A stretch of DNA of 57,749 nucleotides from a virus (lineage: Duplodnaviria; Caudoviricetes), in IMG/VR virus record IMGVR_UViG_3300006879_000004, positions 1 through 57,749 of that record, one strand, 5' to 3'. Under the pieces are notes generated by a model. It was not told where the DNA came from, searched no databases, and saw nothing but the letters and a program-made list of their open reading frames with translations. The position numbers and the translations under genes are program-made. Position 1 is the stretch's first letter. Every line of letters starts with the position of its first letter. Below, one piece after another: positions 46,516 through 55,061 of this stretch.

Positions 46516-47166
46516 ATGAGAGTAGAGTTATTAGGAGTTTTTGGGGACGATAACATGGTAGTTGATGTAGCCAGAGTGTCCTATAATAAGAGTTCAGAAA
46601 ATTACACTGAGGAGCAAAACGAAAGGTTGGTGAAATTCTTAGCTAGGGAGGGACATTGGTCTCCAGCAAGCCACCCTCAACTTCAGTTTAGGTTGACTGT
46701 ACCTATTTACGTAGAACGTCAATTGGTTAAGTCAGAATCTGGAAGGGTTTATAACAGTATTAGTGGCAGATATGTGGATTTTAGCGACACATACACTAAG
46801 ATACCTTACGGGGGGTGGAGAAAGCAATCTAAGTCGAGTAAACAAGGTAGCGATGGTCTTCTAGATAAAGAGGGTCAAAGGTTGGCTAATAACATTCAGT
46901 CTAGTATAGAGCTATTAGCAAGGGATTCTTACAAGAAGTTAATAGATTTGGGTGTCAGTAAGGAGCAAGCCAGAACCGTACTCCCTCTGAACCTAAACAC
47001 AACTATGATTTGGACAGGTTCTCTATACACCTTGATACGACTATGCAATCAAAGAATCAAAGATGATGCGCAAAGAGAAACTAGGGTTGTGGTGGAGAAG
47101 ATGTTAGAGGAAGTTAAGAAAACGGGAAGATTCAATAAAACTTTAAAAGCCTACGGTTATGAGTAA
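46516..47166 (+). CDS. thyX: Flavin-dependent thymidylate synthase
   Basis: VVDVARVSY, GHWSP, PIYVERQLVK, SGRY, GVSKEQARTVLP, AQRETR. Confidence 0.9.
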   Translation: MRVELLGVFGDDNMVVDVARVSYNKSSENYTEEQNERLVKFLAREGHWSPASHPQLQFRLTVPIYVERQLVKSESGRVYNSISGRYVDFSDTYTKIPYGGWRKQSKSSKQGSDGLLDKEGQRLANNIQSSIELLARDSYKKLIDLGVSKEQARTVLPLNLNTTMIWTGSLYTLIRLCNQRIKDDAQRETRVVVEKMLEEVKKTGRFNKTLKAYGYE

Positions 47167-47374
47167 ATATACGTTTACAATAGAGACAGATGACCTAGAT
47201 GAGTTCCAATCAATAGTCAAACATTCTGATTATCAGGCACTTGTGTTTCATTTAAAAAGCAATTTTCATAGAAATTTCTCGAATTTACCAGAGGATTTAG
47301 AGGGTAAGTCTTTTTATGAAGGAATTGAACATGTTCTTGATAAGTTATATGAAACGTTAGATCAATTTGATTAA
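47159..47374 (+). CDS. Hypothetical protein
   Basis: 71 aa, overlapping the thyX stop. Confidence 0.65.
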   Translation: MSKYTFTIETDDLDEFQSIVKHSDYQALVFHLKSNFHRNFSNLPEDLEGKSFYEGIEHVLDKLYETLDQFD

Positions 47375-47375
47375 T

Positions 47376-48292
47376 ATGTCTAGGAAGAAAACAACAGAGG
47401 AATTTATAAAAGATGCTGAAAATACTCACGGGGACAAATTCGATTACTCGAAAGTAAATTATGTGGACGCTAGAACCAAAGTATGTATCATCTGCCCTAA
47501 ACATGGGGCTTTATTACGAACCCTAATAATCATTTGATGGGGCAGGGTTGTCCTAAGTGCGCAGGCAGGGGAAAAACAACAGAGAGTATTATTAAAGAAT
47601 TTAAAATTATACATGGTGATAAATACGACTACTCTAATACAGAGTATATACCCCATGAAAGAAAATTAAGTATCATCTGTCCAGAACACGGCGAGTTCTG
47701 GCAATCATACACAAAACACGTGTCAGGTTCTGGGTGTCAAGTATGCGGAGAGATTATTAGAAAGAAAAGTGTGACTAACAACAAACTGTCTAAGAAATTT
47801 AAAGACTTAATCCAACCCGAAGAATACAAACTAATTCCTCTAACACAGGGGCAGTTTGCTAAGGTGGACAACGAAGACTTCGATAGGTTGAAAGGTATTA
47901 ATTGGTGTGCAGGCCCGCTAGGATACGTTGTTAATAAAAAATTTGGAAGGATGCATAGATATATTATGGATTGTCCAGAAGAAATGGTGGTTGATCACAT
48001 TAACCACGACACCTTAGATAACAGAAAAAATAATTTAAGAATTGCAACACATCGTCAGAATAATTTTAATAGAAGACCTAGTCATGAAAGTAGTAGTCAA
48101 TATAAAGGAGTTTCTTGGAACAACGAAGCTATTAAGTGGTCTGCTAGTATAAGGTTGAATGGGGAACAGATTCATTTAGGATTATTTAAAAATGAAAAAG
48201 AAGCCGCGGAAGCTTATGATAAAAAGGCATTGGAATTATTCGGAGAATTTGCTTACCTAAACTTTCCAGAATTTAAACGAACACCTATATGA
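47376..48292 (+). pseudogene. HNH-AP2 homing endonuclease with two N-terminal zinc repeats, frameshifted
   Basis: 47376..47537 encodes MSRKKTTEEFI...HGDKFDYS...IICPKHG. The natural continuation FITNPNNHLMGQGCPKC is in the frame of 47534..48292, which has a second repeat, VDHINHDTLDNRKNNLR (HNH) and YKGV...HLGLF...AAEAYD (AP2). Confidence 0.85.
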
Positions 48293-48558
48293 AAATTAAC
48301 ATAAAAGTAGGTAACAAAGAACTACGAACAACAGAAAGTACTAAAGGACAGCCTTACATAGAGGTAGTGCAGTGGGACACGGAAGAGGAAAGTTGTATTA
48401 CGTTGATGTACTGGCTAAATGATTATGAAGAAATAACAATGAAGACAGTTGAAAACAGGGTTTTAGATTACATGACACCGGATGAGTTCTTTTTCTTTCA
48501 CAAAATAGGTAATAAAATTATAGAAGGTTTACGAGAATGGAGACAGAATCAGCAGTAA
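48289..48558 (+). CDS. Hypothetical protein
   Basis: 89 aa, ATGA overlap. Confidence 0.7.
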   Translation: MKINIKVGNKELRTTESTKGQPYIEVVQWDTEEESCITLMYWLNDYEEITMKTVENRVLDYMTPDEFFFFHKIGNKIIEGLREWRQNQQ

Positions 48559-48890
48559 GGCCCCTCGAGTTGGAGGTTAAAACAAACGGACACAATTATA
48601 AGTTGTACATGGTGCAAGATAACGTGTACATTTACAGACAGTTAGATAAGAATGACGGATCTACAGTAGGGTTTGAGGCTTTCATTGCCCAGACCAGACC
48701 TGCTGAAACCATACAGTCGAAAGAGTACCCTCAGAGGCATGTCTATCCCACGGAAAGGGATTGGGGTCACAGAGCTTGGACCCTACGAGCCTCTAGCACC
48801 AAAGAGGAATTACTAGATAAGTTTAAGGAAATGCTTAAAATAGCTGAACTAAGGGATAAAAGTAAAATAGAAAAAGATGTTAACGTTTAA
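48537..48890 (+). CDS. Hypothetical protein
   Basis: 117 aa; YIYRQ...FEAF...YP.ERDWG.RAWT. Confidence 0.7.
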   Translation: METESAVRPLELEVKTNGHNYKLYMVQDNVYIYRQLDKNDGSTVGFEAFIAQTRPAETIQSKEYPQRHVYPTERDWGHRAWTLRASSTKEELLDKFKEMLKIAELRDKSKIEKDVNV

Positions 48891-49083
48891 TACACATACC
48901 GAAAAAGTTGTAAAAGAAGTTTTGTTCAATAAGGGGTACATCTCGTTTGAGGACTTTAAAAGAAGATTGGGAGACGGAGACACTACGGCACTATTCGAAT
49001 TAGAGTCCGTTCTTCATCAATCAATGGTTGAATATTCTAAGGGAGTGGAGAGATACTACGAAGGAGTTAACGAAACAGATTAA
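48877..49083 (+). CDS. Hypothetical protein
   Basis: 68 aa in the operon. Confidence 0.65.
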   Translation: MLTFNTHTEKVVKEVLFNKGYISFEDFKRRLGDGDTTALFELESVLHQSMVEYSKGVERYYEGVNETD

Positions 49084-49086
49084 GCT

Positions 49087-49518
49087 ATGAAAGACGAAGA
49101 AAACGAACACGAAGAGGGGCTAACCCCAGTTTACAAAATCCCTAGATTACACGCAGACTTCTGCCGAATGGTTTGCACAGACAGGGAAGATGAAGATTTA
49201 GCACACGCTGAGTTGTACTTAGATAGTATTTACAAGATAATCCACGAGAGGGTAGAAGAGTTGGCGGATAGTGAAGATGATTTTGAAGATTCGGAGATGT
49301 GTGTTTCTTTTGAGCTAACAGATGCTAAGTTAGAGATAAAGCAAATAGTCTTGGGTAGATTAATGGATAGTGGATTTGACTGTTTCACGGCAGTAGATAC
49401 TGAGGAGGAGGCGGAATACCTGAGAGACTTAGAAAGTTTGAGCGAGTATGACGATGCGGTAAGAGAAGCTATGGAAGATTATCAAGAGAGTGCTAACAAA
49501 TTTATAATTTACTGGTAA
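49087..49518 (+). CDS. Highly acidic hypothetical protein
   Basis: 143 aa, very D/E-rich. Confidence 0.7.
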   Translation: MKDEENEHEEGLTPVYKIPRLHADFCRMVCTDREDEDLAHAELYLDSIYKIIHERVEELADSEDDFEDSEMCVSFELTDAKLEIKQIVLGRLMDSGFDCFTAVDTEEEAEYLRDLESLSEYDDAVREAMEDYQESANKFIIYW

Positions 49519-49611
49519 TCCCCAGAGGTACCCATTTCAGGCACAATAATTAAAAGTGGGGTACATGGTTACAAATAAAAAGATAATTCAAAATACATAT
49601 ACACCTATATA

Positions 49612-50922
49612 GTGAAAACAACAGAAAAGAGGATGTTAACCATCTTGGTCCCTACCACCAAAGATCGTTACGACAATTTTAATCAAGCTATCCAGAAGCA
49701 ACTGTATGATCAATACGACAGCTTACCTAGAGAAGATAGAGAAAAGGTAGAAATAGTTATTTACGTAGACAACCGGGTTGTAAAGATTGGGGAGAAGCGT
49801 AATTTAGCTCTCGGGTTGTCCCACGGGGTGTACACGGCTTTTGTAGATTCTGATGATAGATTGGCACCCACTTACCTAAAGGACCTTCTATATGCAACTA
49901 AGTTTGGAGCTGACGTTATTACTTTTAGGAGTGAAGTATCTTTAGACGGTAGTGAACCTAAGTTGTGTTTGTTCTCCAACGCTTTAGATTCCGATAGGGA
50001 CTCAGAGGATTGTTATTACAGATTACCTAACCACCTATGTGCTGTAAAAACTTACTTAGCTAAAGAAGCTGGGTTTCCTAGTAACAAGCAGATGGGGGAA
50101 GATGCCGAATACTCTAAGCGGTTAAAGGGTCTTTTAAGGGACGAGCACCACATTGGTAAAGTACTTTACTACTATGACTACAGCACTATTACTACTGAGA
50201 CTCAGATGAATACAAAGGCTCCTGACTTAGATGTAGTTATCCTAAGTGACGCTACTAGAGGGGATGAATTTAAGACAATGACTCAAACCACTATTGATAC
50301 AGCTATTAAAGGGGCTAAGGGGCACCGACTAAACTTTATTGTAATTGAGACATGTCCTAACACTAAGTACTACGATGCGCAGACAATCACCCCTATTGAC
50401 GCTGAGTTCCATTACAACAAACGCATGAACTTCGGGGCAAGCTTAGGGAAGTCTCCCCGCATCTTGTTCTGTAACAACGACTTAGAATTTACTAGTAACT
50501 GGTTAAAACCTCTTTTAGATGCCAATCACAGTTTCGTAAGCCCGTGGGAACCAGACGACATTCGTCAAAAAGGAATTAAAAGGAATACAGTAGGTACAGT
50601 TACTGGAAGACACATGAGCGGATGGTGTTTTATGATGACTAGGGAGCTGTGGAAAAAGATTGGAGGTTTAGATGAGGACTTCTCTTTCTGGCACGCAGAC
50701 TGTTCTGTTATTCAGCAAACGTTAGCTGAGGGGGTTTATCCTATGATTGTGAAAGATTCTGTAGTTAGGCACTTAGGATCTCAAACGTTCAATACCCTAG
50801 ACTCTGACAAGAAGAACGACTACACGTGGGCAGAGACATACAAGTTTAACAAAAAGTATAATCAAGATAAGTTTAAAGACAACGAGTGGTTTCAATTATG
50901 GAAAGAAACGAACAACCAGTAA
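49612..50922 (+). CDS. Glycosyltransferase with two GT-A (GT2-like) domains
   Basis: Domain 1: LTILVPT, IGEKRN, FVDSDD. Domain 2: DVVILS, YNKRMNFGA, FCNNDL, GWCFMM, IGGLDEDF, VRHLGSQT. Confidence 0.88.
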   Translation: MKTTEKRMLTILVPTTKDRYDNFNQAIQKQLYDQYDSLPREDREKVEIVIYVDNRVVKIGEKRNLALGLSHGVYTAFVDSDDRLAPTYLKDLLYATKFGADVITFRSEVSLDGSEPKLCLFSNALDSDRDSEDCYYRLPNHLCAVKTYLAKEAGFPSNKQMGEDAEYSKRLKGLLRDEHHIGKVLYYYDYSTITTETQMNTKAPDLDVVILSDATRGDEFKTMTQTTIDTAIKGAKGHRLNFIVIETCPNTKYYDAQTITPIDAEFHYNKRMNFGASLGKSPRILFCNNDLEFTSNWLKPLLDANHSFVSPWEPDDIRQKGIKRNTVGTVTGRHMSGWCFMMTRELWKKIGGLDEDFSFWHADCSVIQQTLAEGVYPMIVKDSVVRHLGSQTFNTLDSDKKNDYTWAETYKFNKKYNQDKFKDNEWFQLWKETNNQ

Positions 50923-51638
50923 ATATAGGTATTGGAATCACTACTAAGAACAGACACGATATTTTAAACAAGTCTGTAGCTGGGTGGAAGAACTATTATC
51001 CTGAAGCCCAGTTAGTTATAGTAGATGACGGATCTGATGAACCTGTTAAGGACGCTAATTTTAGGTTTGACGAGTCTCAGGGAATCTCTAAAGCTAAGAA
51101 CGTTTGTATAGATTTGTTAATAGATAAGGGGTGTACAGACATATTTTTAGTAGATGACGATATTAGACCTATAGATTCAGAGGGGTTGTATAAATACGTT
51201 AACTCTCCTTACAACCATTTACAACTAACCTTTCAGAGGGGGTATAACGGTGTAAAGCTCACTGACGAGATGAACATAAACTATACTAAAGATGGATACG
51301 ACTTTAACGATTATTCATGTGGTATATTACTTTACTTTAAGAGTTTGGTCTTTGATGAAGTTAGTGGGTTTAGAGAAGAGTTTAGTAAATACAGCATGGA
51401 GCATATAGACCTATCATTACAAGTCTACCAATCTGGGCTAACCCCTCACCCGTTTATTGACATTCACAAATCTTTACAGCACTTTTTTTCTTACGACTAC
51501 TTTGGACTCACAGAGAGTTCTGTTAACGAACAAGAGAGGAGAAGATTGGCTAAATCGAATAAAGAACTATTGATAAACTTGTGGAAAGACAATACTGATG
51601 AAAAAATATCAAAATTAATTATGAAGCTTAGTAAATAA
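50886..51638 (+). CDS. GT2-like glycosyltransferase
   Basis: IGITTKNR, VIVDDGSD, GISKAKN, FLVDDD, EHIDLS; likely start is ATG 50898. Confidence 0.88.
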   Translation: MVSIMERNEQPVNIGIGITTKNRHDILNKSVAGWKNYYPEAQLVIVDDGSDEPVKDANFRFDESQGISKAKNVCIDLLIDKGCTDIFLVDDDIRPIDSEGLYKYVNSPYNHLQLTFQRGYNGVKLTDEMNINYTKDGYDFNDYSCGILLYFKSLVFDEVSGFREEFSKYSMEHIDLSLQVYQSGLTPHPFIDIHKSLQHFFSYDYFGLTESSVNEQERRRLAKSNKELLINLWKDNTDEKISKLIMKLSK

Positions 51639-51650
51639 TTTGTACTATTG
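51620..51650 (+). promoter_or_regulatory. Degenerate phage-type promoter TATGAA-N17-TACTATTG
   Basis: Same 17-nt spacing, one mismatch in each box. Confidence 0.45.
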
Positions 51651-51657
51651 TAGTGTT

Positions 51658-51819
51658 ATGAAAAAGGAAGAAAATAAGTACGGTTCAAAGATAATTTACT
51701 TAGGGTATTTTCTATTTTACGCAGTAGTGATTTTAGGAGTAGCTAAGTGTAGTAGTGATCAAACTAAGGAAAGTCACCAGCCCAGCTGGTTAGGAACAGG
51801 AGGTAACTATGCTGAGTAG
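51658..51819 (+). CDS. Small membrane/lipoprotein (53 aa)
   Basis: MKKEENKYGSKIIYLGYFLFYAVVILGVAKCSSDQ...; hydrophobic stretch followed by Cys. Confidence 0.6.
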   Translation: MKKEENKYGSKIIYLGYFLFYAVVILGVAKCSSDQTKESHQPSWLGTGGNYAE

Positions 51820-52288
51820 TCTCAAGTATAGGTTAGAGTGGCTTAAGATAGTTAACTCTCCGTTTAAATTCCCTAAGGTCAGATTTTATTTTGGGAAGAT
51901 TAGGGTAGGAACCCCTTATTTCCTGCCCCGTAGGTGGTACAATAATCATGAGAAACCGGGATACTTGAAGGCTGTACCCGCATGGTGGTTTAAGTTGGAT
52001 GTAGTACCGCTTGGGTACAAGACAAAGTGGACAGAAACCGACTACCGCCACGAGTACGACCCAAGGCTTAGCTTAGTGATTTGCGGTTTGCAAATTGCAA
52101 TAAGATTTCATTTGGACCCCCGAGTTTGGGAATCATGGTTGATATACGAGAACTGTACAGAGGGGGTTCCTTTAAACAGACTCCGGAAGTGCAGGAAAAT
52201 AAACCCTAACGTATGGGAAAGTAACGGAGTTAAAACAGATTATTTTTTAAAAGGTTTAAAGAAATGTTGGTATGAAAACTTCGAATAG
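51809..52288 (+). CDS. Hypothetical aromatic-rich protein
   Basis: 159 aa; GTPYFLPRRW...LGYKTKW...YRHEYDP. Confidence 0.7.
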   Translation: MLSSLKYRLEWLKIVNSPFKFPKVRFYFGKIRVGTPYFLPRRWYNNHEKPGYLKAVPAWWFKLDVVPLGYKTKWTETDYRHEYDPRLSLVICGLQIAIRFHLDPRVWESWLIYENCTEGVPLNRLRKCRKINPNVWESNGVKTDYFLKGLKKCWYENFE

Positions 52289-52916
52289 AGAAAAGTGCAT
52301 TAACCTCAGAATGCAGGGTTACAAGTTTAGGGAAATAGCGGATAAGTTGGGAATAGCTACCGGAACAGTTAGGTGGCACTTACGAGGCATCCATAAACCT
52401 AAACCAGAGGTTTCTATTAAAGATCAGATAGCACACCTTATTTTAGAAAAAGGTATGTCTACTAAAGAGGTGGCCAAACATTTGGGGATAAGCAGAAGAA
52501 CTGTATATACGTACACTCCCGAAATAGACTTACCAAAGCGGGAGAACCCCCTTAAACGAAAAGTTTTAGAAATGAGAAGATCTGGAATAGGTGTAATGGA
52601 TATAGCTTCTAGGTTAGGAATCAGTAAGAACTCTATTGTAAATTACTCCAAGGGCTATAAGTTTAAAAAGGTTGGGGGTTATAAGGGAGGTCGACCTAAG
52701 AGTAAAATTAAGAAGGTAGTTAAGAAAGAGGAAAGACCTCTTGTACTTAGGGAAGATAGGGATCTGGGGAAAGCACTTACTGTAATCTACCAAGGGTTTG
52801 CTTCTAAGCAGAAAGTAGTGATTAAAGTTAGAGACGAGAACTTAACCGCTGAAGAAGCCGGTAAAAGGTGGTGTAACAGAGTTAACAAACAATATTTAGA
52901 AAGCTATTATGGGTAA
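52272..52916 (+). CDS. Protein with three tandem HTH motifs
   Basis: FREIADKLGIATGTVRWHL; TKEVAKHLGISRRTVYTY; VMDIASRLGISKNSIVNY. Confidence 0.8.
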   Translation: MKTSNREKCINLRMQGYKFREIADKLGIATGTVRWHLRGIHKPKPEVSIKDQIAHLILEKGMSTKEVAKHLGISRRTVYTYTPEIDLPKRENPLKRKVLEMRRSGIGVMDIASRLGISKNSIVNYSKGYKFKKVGGYKGGRPKSKIKKVVKKEERPLVLREDRDLGKALTVIYQGFASKQKVVIKVRDENLTAEEAGKRWCNRVNKQYLESYYG

Positions 52917-53085
52917 AGGGTTTGAACAATTAAAACAAATGGCTGAGGTTCACAAAAGAGTGTTTGAACGTAGCCTAGCGGAAAGAGACTACGAATCTGC
53001 AAGAAAGTTCGTAGAACAGTACATAAACGCACTAGAGTTAATTGACGAACAAAAGAGGAGATATGCTATCAAAAATAATCAGTAG
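52909..53085 (+). CDS. Hypothetical 58-aa helical protein
   Basis: MGKGFEQLKQMAEVHKRVFERSLAERDYESARKFVEQYINALELIDEQKRRYAIKNNQ; fills the gap. Confidence 0.65.
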   Translation: MGKGFEQLKQMAEVHKRVFERSLAERDYESARKFVEQYINALELIDEQKRRYAIKNNQ

Positions 53086-53815
53086 AGTAAGACAAACCTT
53101 AACTGAACCTACTAAACAGACTTATACAGGTAAGTATAACGGGAAGCCCCATAAGTACAGGCTCACTAACTGCGTTAGGTGTAAGGAAGAGAAGATGATT
53201 CACGGATTCACAGACGTATGTTCAGACTGTAAGAAGAAGGAGAAGGCTGAGAAGTATTACAAGAAGCACGTCAACCCTATACACAGGGAGCCTGTTATAG
53301 CTAAACTACCTACAGGAATAGAAGTCAAAGCTCCTAACATGAGAACCCTTAAGAGAACTCTAAACTTAGAGTGGGGTATGAAGGTTCCTAAAGACCAACT
53401 ACAAAAAACTAACAGTCACTCCTTAGAAGACGGAACAATTTATTGGTACTATAAAAGTATTGTTATAATGTACAAAAAAGACTACTCTGAGGATAGGTTG
53501 CTAGAGATCGTAATGAAGCGGTTGAATAAGGAGAACCCGACTAAGGGGAAACCCAAACCTAGAAAAGTCACCCCAGAACTTCGGGAGAAGATACTTCAGA
53601 TAGTCAATTTGAAATTAACTGGTAAGTACACCGTAGGAGAGATAGCTGATAAGGTAGGGATGAAAAAGGCTATGGTGAACCACATTATCACAGGCAGGAG
53701 TTACGGTCACGTATCTGGGATTACTTACAAGAGGGCATATAACAAGTATGGAGAAGGGGGAGATGTTGAATTAGAAAAGGAAAGAGTAGCGTTAAACTAT
53801 AAAAACAGAATATAA
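53042..53815 (+). CDS. Zinc-finger plus C-terminal HTH DNA-binding protein
   Basis: CVRC...CSDC; TVGEIADKVGMKKAMVNHIITGRSY; likely start is ATG 53063. Confidence 0.7.
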   Translation: MTNKRGDMLSKIISRVRQTLTEPTKQTYTGKYNGKPHKYRLTNCVRCKEEKMIHGFTDVCSDCKKKEKAEKYYKKHVNPIHREPVIAKLPTGIEVKAPNMRTLKRTLNLEWGMKVPKDQLQKTNSHSLEDGTIYWYYKSIVIMYKKDYSEDRLLEIVMKRLNKENPTKGKPKPRKVTPELREKILQIVNLKLTGKYTVGEIADKVGMKKAMVNHIITGRSYGHVSGITYKRAYNKYGEGGDVELEKERVALNYKNRI

Positions 53816-54168
53816 TGAGAACTAAAGTTATCGTAGCGGGAGGACGTCACTTTGACAACTCCTCCCTTTTAGAGGAGACTCTAGATAAGTTATTAGTAAA
53901 TCTAGATAGGGTAGAGATAGTTAGTGGAGGATGTACAGGTGCAGATTACCTTGGAGAAGATTACGCCCAAAAGAGGGGGTACGACGTAACAGTGTTCCAA
54001 GCTGACTGGGAGACTTACAGAAAATCAGCAGGACCTATTAGAAATAGAGAGATGTGTCAGTACGCAGATTGTCTTGTAGCCTTTTGGGATGGTAAATCTA
54101 AGGGGACTGCAAACGTGATAGAAGAGGCCAATAATCTAGGTTTGAAAGTAAGGGTTATAAGGTACTAA
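53815..54168 (+). CDS. SLOG/YspA-like (DUF2493) protein
   Basis: VIVAGGRHF, IVSGGCTGAD, ADW...AGPIRN, AFWDGKSKGT. Confidence 0.88.
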   Translation: MRTKVIVAGGRHFDNSSLLEETLDKLLVNLDRVEIVSGGCTGADYLGEDYAQKRGYDVTVFQADWETYRKSAGPIRNREMCQYADCLVAFWDGKSKGTANVIEEANNLGLKVRVIRY

Positions 54169-54192
54169 TAGAGTTTATTTAAAATGAAAGAT

Positions 54193-54214
54193 AACCCCCT
54201 AATTCGGGGGTTTT
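54193..54214 (+). terminator. Intrinsic terminator ending the plus-strand operon
   Basis: AACCCCC-taattc-GGGGGTT-TTGTC. Confidence 0.75.
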
Positions 54215-54874
54215 GTCGTTTAAGGAAGAGGGAAGATTCTTAGAGATACAGTATAGAGAGAGGGTTAGAGAGTTGCACAATAAGAGCAAAAAGTAATAAA
54301 TTGCAGCATATAGACAACGGTAAAAATAGTAGAAGATTTAAGGGAGAGGAAGGATACTTACATATACCACATAGAGGAATACAGTAAGAGAGCATATACA
54401 CATAACATACAGTAGAGACAAAGGGGGAGATAGGGAGTACATAGGCTACTGGCATTAGGGTATAGTTTTAAGAGGGGTATACTATTACTCAGGATCATTA
54501 AGAAAATAGGAATTTTAAAAAATTTTTACGGGGCAAATTTAAAAGTGGTATATAAGAAGATGGCCGGGATAATCCCATATAATATAGCCCCCTCCCCCTA
54601 AAGGGGATATTTATCCCTGAGAGTATCCCCACCCATCTCCAATTTAAATAAATAACCTACCTATTCTATACAAAGACTTTCCAAAATAGGCTTGAGCCTT
54701 GTACAAAGGCTTTCAATATCCTAAACTGATTTTGATAAATTGGTTTGGGCTTTCCTGTTTTATACCCATTCTATTGTGGGGTAAATAGCATTAAGGTGCT
54801 ACTATCTAAGGACGTTTCTCTTGCTGACCTATATTTGTATACCTAATATGTTATCGTGGCTAATACTACAGCAC

Positions 54875-55057
54875 CTACCTAACCGTTAGCCTAATATCGT
54901 AACCTAACCTAAAAGCTAATTCTTGAACCTTATCAAACCCTGCATTTGCTGAATTGGTTAAATACTTGTTATACGTACTAACACTGATTATTCCTTTGCA
55001 TAAATCTTTTTTAGTCACTTTGTGAATCACTCGTAATTGTTCTATTTTTTGTATCAT
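54875..55057 (-). CDS. XRE/Cro-C1-type HTH regulator
   Basis: IEQLR...VTKKDLCKGIISVSTYNKYL...FDKVQELAFRLG. Confidence 0.8.
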   Translation of the reverse strand: MIQKIEQLRVIHKVTKKDLCKGIISVSTYNKYLTNSANAGFDKVQELAFRLGYDIRLTVR

Positions 55058-55061
55058 ATTA

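Noticed and set aside
38413-52051. Minus-strand ORFs in the right arm other than 41968..42351 (e.g. 39486..39863, 44950..45324, 47217..47504)
   Set aside because: Antisense shadows of nrdA/B, polA and other genes.
54240-54455. 71-aa hydrophobic minus-strand ORF
   Set aside because: Most likely a by-product of the pyrimidine skew (L/S/P/Y/C-rich), with no typical start context.
54507-54540. TAGGAA at 54507 (also 47381) as further promoters
   Set aside because: No TAnnTTTG-like box 17 nt downstream.
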